Shown in pieces: positions 29,400 to 32,000 of a stretch of 32,000 nucleotides of DNA. Below the pieces are notes generated by a model. That model saw nothing but the letters and a program-made list of their open reading frames with translations, made no database searches and was not told the DNA's origin. The translations under genes and the position numbers were made by a program. Every line of letters starts with the position of its first letter. Within the stretch, counting starts at the first letter, position 1. Source of the DNA: an uncultured Chloroflexia bacterium. Its GTDB lineage: Bacteria > Chloroflexota > Ktedonobacteria > Ktedonobacterales > JADMIN01. The DNA is taken from the NCBI GenBank assembly GCA_963718915.1, contig CAVRAI010000015.1, forward strand, positions 600,001 through 632,000. Direction: 5' to 3'.

Positions 29400-30590
29400 A
29401 TGACCGCAATTACCGTCCGCACCATCACGCTAGGTATCGGCGCGGCCCACCCCCTGACCGGGGTAACGCTGAGCCGCGCGGGCGCATTTCTGCGCAAGGC
29501 GCAGGCGGCGATGGAGCAGGCGGGCTATCTCGTCCAGACGACACGCATCGCCACTCGCCCACTTCTGGCTGATCTAGCCGATTGGGACGACGCGGCCATC
29601 GTGGAGTATGCTGCTCGTCTGCAAATGCTCTGTGACGCCGAGGGTATCGCGTTCTGTTCGCTTGGCCCCGCGCCAGCCGATAGGCCTGAGTTTCCGCTTG
29701 ACCGTCTTGCTCTGCTGCCGGAGATTCTCGTCTCTCACCCCGCGCTGAACGCGACCGTGCAGCTGGCGAGTGTGGCTCACGGTGTGCGCTATGAGGCGGC
29801 GCAGCCGACGGCGGAGGTGATGCATCGGCTTGCGGCCTATGATAGCGGCATGCCGAACTTTCGCTTCGCGGCGCTGGCGCTGTGCGATCCGGGCGGGCCG
29901 TTTTTCCCGCAGGCGTACCAACGCGGCGACACCTGGACGGTGAGCGTGGGCTTGCAGGGCGCGGGACTGGTACGCGCGGCGCTCGAAAGACTGGTCGAGC
30001 GAGTGGGACCGGGCGCAGCACTACTGCCTGGCGTGCGCGCTGCGGTAACAGATGCGCTCGCTACTGCCGCGACGCCAGTCGTTGAGTTGGTACGCGAACT
30101 GGCTGCGCGTGCGCGGTACGGTTTTTCTGGCATCGACCTCTCGCCCGCGCCGATGGGCGAGGATAGCATCGCTGGAGCCTTCGAGGTGGCGGGCCTGGGC
30201 CGGTTTGGCGAAACGGGGACGCTGGCGCTGGCTGCTGCCATCACACGGGGAATCAAGGGTGTGAGGCTGCCACTTTGCGGCTACTGCGGGCTGATGCTGC
30301 CGCCGCTCGAAGACCGCGTGCTGGGCGAGCGCTGCGCGGAGGGGCTGCTGAGCGTCTCGTCGCTGCTCAGCCTCTCCTCGGTCTGTGGCGCCGGGCTGGA
30401 TACCGTGCCGCTCCCAGGTGATACCCCGGTCGAGCGGGTTGCGGCGCTGCTGATGGATGTGGCGGGGCTGGCGGCGCGCCTGCGCAAACCGCTCTCAGCG
30501 CGGCTCTTCCTGGTGCCAGGCGCGCAACCCGGCGAGATGACACGCTTCGACTCGCCTTACCTGACCAATACCCGCGTGCTGCCACTCTGA
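29400..30590 (+). CDS. DUF711 / UPF0210 family protein
   Basis: The N-terminus MTAITVRTITLGI is the family hallmark (IRTITLG). SD GAGGAG lies 7 nt upstream of the ATG at 29400. The 5-prime part of track ORF 28914-30590 is antisense to the HEPN-TM gene and is rejected. Confidence 0.8.
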   Translation: MTAITVRTITLGIGAAHPLTGVTLSRAGAFLRKAQAAMEQAGYLVQTTRIATRPLLADLADWDDAAIVEYAARLQMLCDAEGIAFCSLGPAPADRPEFPLDRLALLPEILVSHPALNATVQLASVAHGVRYEAAQPTAEVMHRLAAYDSGMPNFRFAALALCDPGGPFFPQAYQRGDTWTVSVGLQGAGLVRAALERLVERVGPGAALLPGVRAAVTDALATAATPVVELVRELAARARYGFSGIDLSPAPMGEDSIAGAFEVAGLGRFGETGTLALAAAITRGIKGVRLPLCGYCGLMLPPLEDRVLGERCAEGLLSVSSLLSLSSVCGAGLDTVPLPGDTPVERVAALLMDVAGLAARLRKPLSARLFLVPGAQPGEMTRFDSPYLTNTRVLPL

Positions 30591-30612
30591 TACAATGGTG
30601 GAGCGAACTCCT

Positions 30613-30700
30613 CACCGGCCGATCTGCCGGTGGCGAGGCCATACATGCGCTGGCGGCTGAAGCCGCGCCTATGGGCTGCGCCGGAAAGCTCGCCTACGCG
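30613..30700. repeat. REP-like hairpin cluster in the 3-prime flank of the DUF711 gene
   Basis: Hairpins:
- 30613-30632: caccggc-cgatct-gccggtg
- 30653-30666: gcggc-tgaa-gccgc, the 16-mer shared with 8076-8091
- agctcgc-ctac-gcgggct, about 30677-30694. Confidence 0.5.
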
Positions 30701-30747
30701 GGCTCCCACAGGATATGGCGGGCAAGCAGCGAACAGTCTCTACGGAT

Positions 30748-30770
30748 GACTAGCGAACAATTCGCTAGTC
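30748..30770. promoter_or_regulatory. Perfect 10-bp inverted repeat GACTAGCGAA-CAA-TTCGCTAGTC upstream of the small membrane ORF (operator or hairpin candidate)
   Basis: Read directly from the sequence. It ends 21 nt before the ATG at 30792. Confidence 0.3.
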
Positions 30771-30791
30771 ACAATGTACAATGGAGGCGAG

Positions 30792-31025
30792 ATGAGGGCG
30801 CGACGGATTGAGTTTGGCGCGGGGATCGCGGCCTGCGTGTTGAGCGTGCTCGCCTTCGCCTTTCTGGTCTTCGCGCCTATCGTGCCGGTCTGCTCTGTAG
30901 CGAACGGCGCAAAGCTTGCCCCGCGCATGCTGCCCGCTATAGTCACTGGCGCAAGGCTCCGTCTGGCGTTCGGCGCTGGCTCTTCGTGCTGGCGATGCTG
31001 GCGCTCTCGCTGGCGGGCGGCATAG
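30792..31025 (+). CDS. Small membrane protein ORF, possibly the 5-prime part of a frameshifted gene
   Basis: GGAGG lies 4 nt upstream of the ATG at 30792. One clear TM helix (GIAACVLSVLAFAFLVFAPIV) is followed by an Arg/Trp-rich tail typical of out-of-frame translation. Confidence 0.4.
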   Translation: MRARRIEFGAGIAACVLSVLAFAFLVFAPIVPVCSVANGAKLAPRMLPAIVTGARLRLAFGAGSSCWRCWRSRWRAA

Positions 31026-31240
31026 GCGCCATAATCGAGGCGCGGACGGGTCGGCGATTTGCGGCGATACCGCTCTGGGCGGCGACGGTGCTGGTCTTTG
31101 GTGGCTGCGCGCTGGCGGCGGGTGGCGCGGGCATCATCTATCTCCCCTCGGTGCTGGCGCTCGGCCTCGCCGCCTATGCCTCGATCCTCTCCCGCCTCCA
31201 GACGCGCAATCGAACCGATTTCCTCTCCCCGACACCGTGA
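30986..31240 (+). CDS. Small three-TM membrane protein ORF, possibly the 3-prime part of the same frameshifted gene
   Basis: TM helices LAMLALSLAGGIGAII, IPLWAATVLVFGGCALAA and IIYLPSVLALGLAAYASIL. This frame stays open and TM-like upstream of its GTG (…RRWLFV). Confidence 0.45.
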   Translation: MLAMLALSLAGGIGAIIEARTGRRFAAIPLWAATVLVFGGCALAAGGAGIIYLPSVLALGLAAYASILSRLQTRNRTDFLSPTP

Positions 31241-31266
31241 GGGTAGTGGTGAGGAGAGGTCGCTCG

Positions 31267-32000
31267 CTACGCCGCCGGGAATAGCTGCTCGTCGTGCGTT
31301 TCCCTCTCAGATTCGGACATACGCGCGGATTCAGACATACGCGCGCAGCGAATCCGCGGGTTGAGGCTCGCCGCCAGCGCCACCATCACCAGCCCGGCGC
31401 CCAGCGCAACCACTGTCGCGCCCGCGCCCGCATGCTCGATGAAGAATCCAGCGACTGCCAGGCCAACGGGGAGGCTGCCATACACCAGCAGGCGGATAAT
31501 GCTGCTGACCCGGCCCTGGAGCGCATCGGGGATGAGAGACATCCGGTAACTGAACTGCGCCACGTTGATGACGGCATAGACCGCTCCGAGCGCCGCCATC
31601 ACCAGGCCAAGCGCAAACGGTGTTGGAGCGACCGCATAGAGCAGCCAGATCAGCGCCACCAGCCAGTTGCCGCCGATGAACGCCTGGGCAAACGAGAGCC
31701 GCCGCACAACCCGCTCCGCCAGCAGTGAGCCGAGTACGGTTCCGCAGCCACCCAGTCCCAGCATTAGTCCGATTTCCGGGGTGGACGCATGCATTCGCTC
31801 GGCCAGCACGATAACCAGCAGCGCCTCGCTCGCCACAAGGCAGTTACCCGCGGCGATCAGAGTCGTCAGCGCGCGTAGCGCCCGGTGACGCCAGAGCCAG
31901 ACGACTCCCGCGACGATATCGTCACGCATTGTCCGCCAGTTCAGCGGATGCGCCTGCTCATCAGCCGCATGCTGTTTCGGCAGCTGGATACGCCACAGCG
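31267..32000 (-). CDS. MFS transporter (C-terminal half in window; 5-prime end beyond the right edge)
   Basis: Six hydrophobic helices, and the frame remains open from 31929 to the window end (…LWRIQLPKQHAADEQAHPLNWRT-MRDD…). The C-terminal ARMSES is duplicated. Confidence 0.8.
   Translation of the reverse strand, partial: LWRIQLPKQHAADEQAHPLNWRTMRDDIVAGVVWLWRHRALRALTTLIAAGNCLVASEALLVIVLAERMHASTPEIGLMLGLGGCGTVLGSLLAERVVRRLSFAQAFIGGNWLVALIWLLYAVAPTPFALGLVMAALGAVYAVINVAQFSYRMSLIPDALQGRVSSIIRLLVYGSLPVGLAVAGFFIEHAGAGATVVALGAGLVMVALAASLNPRIRCARMSESARMSESERETHDEQLFPAA

Overview
High-G+C bacterial chromosomal window, by eye above 60% G+C with two lower-G+C patches. The many Hanks kinases and FHA proteins, the Pro/Thr-rich membrane-anchored proteins and the TGnTATAAT-type promoters suggest a Chloroflexota (Ktedonobacteria-like) or actinobacterium-like host, but this is unverified. 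I can support about 33 protein genes and one tRNA. From left to right:
- A kinase / FHA / kinase operon (1-3299).
- A truncated alpha/beta-hydrolase.
- Two tandem paralogous membrane-anchored proteins.
- A secreted MA-clan zinc peptidase lipoprotein.
- A URO-D-family enzyme.
- A lower-G+C accessory patch (about 9320-12960) holding an unknown 205-aa helical protein, a DUF4177-like protein, a GNAT acetyltransferase and a hicA-hicB-hicB' module.
- A minus-strand run: divergent Nramp, then a soluble MgtE-N/CBS protein, then a nucleotidyltransferase.
- tRNA-Pro(UGG).
- A canonical mntR-mntH-META operon with a clear promoter and operator.
- Two tandem lipoprotein paralogs.
- rdgB and a DinG-like exonuclease whose helicase motifs are degenerate.
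- SnoaL-like, YiiD-type thioesterase and FAD oxidoreductase genes.
- A membrane-tethered HEPN-domain protein divergent from a DUF711/UPF0210 gene.
- Small membrane ORFs and a partial MFS transporter.

Most interesting observations:
1. The non-canonical Nramp, whose metal site D-P-G-N/A-x-x-M is replaced by D-A-G-A/T-x-x-T, is coupled to a pore-less MgtE cytosolic module and sits behind a structured 300-nt leader.
2. An N-terminal HEPN (RNSRTH) domain is fused through one TM helix to an extracytoplasmic domain.
3. An ATPase-dead DinG scaffold carries an intact DEDDh exonuclease.
4. A dispersed family of chained tetraloop hairpins occupies gene 3-prime flanks.

No CRISPR array, integrase, transposase or rRNA was seen. 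All homology calls come from motif recognition by eye, not database searches.
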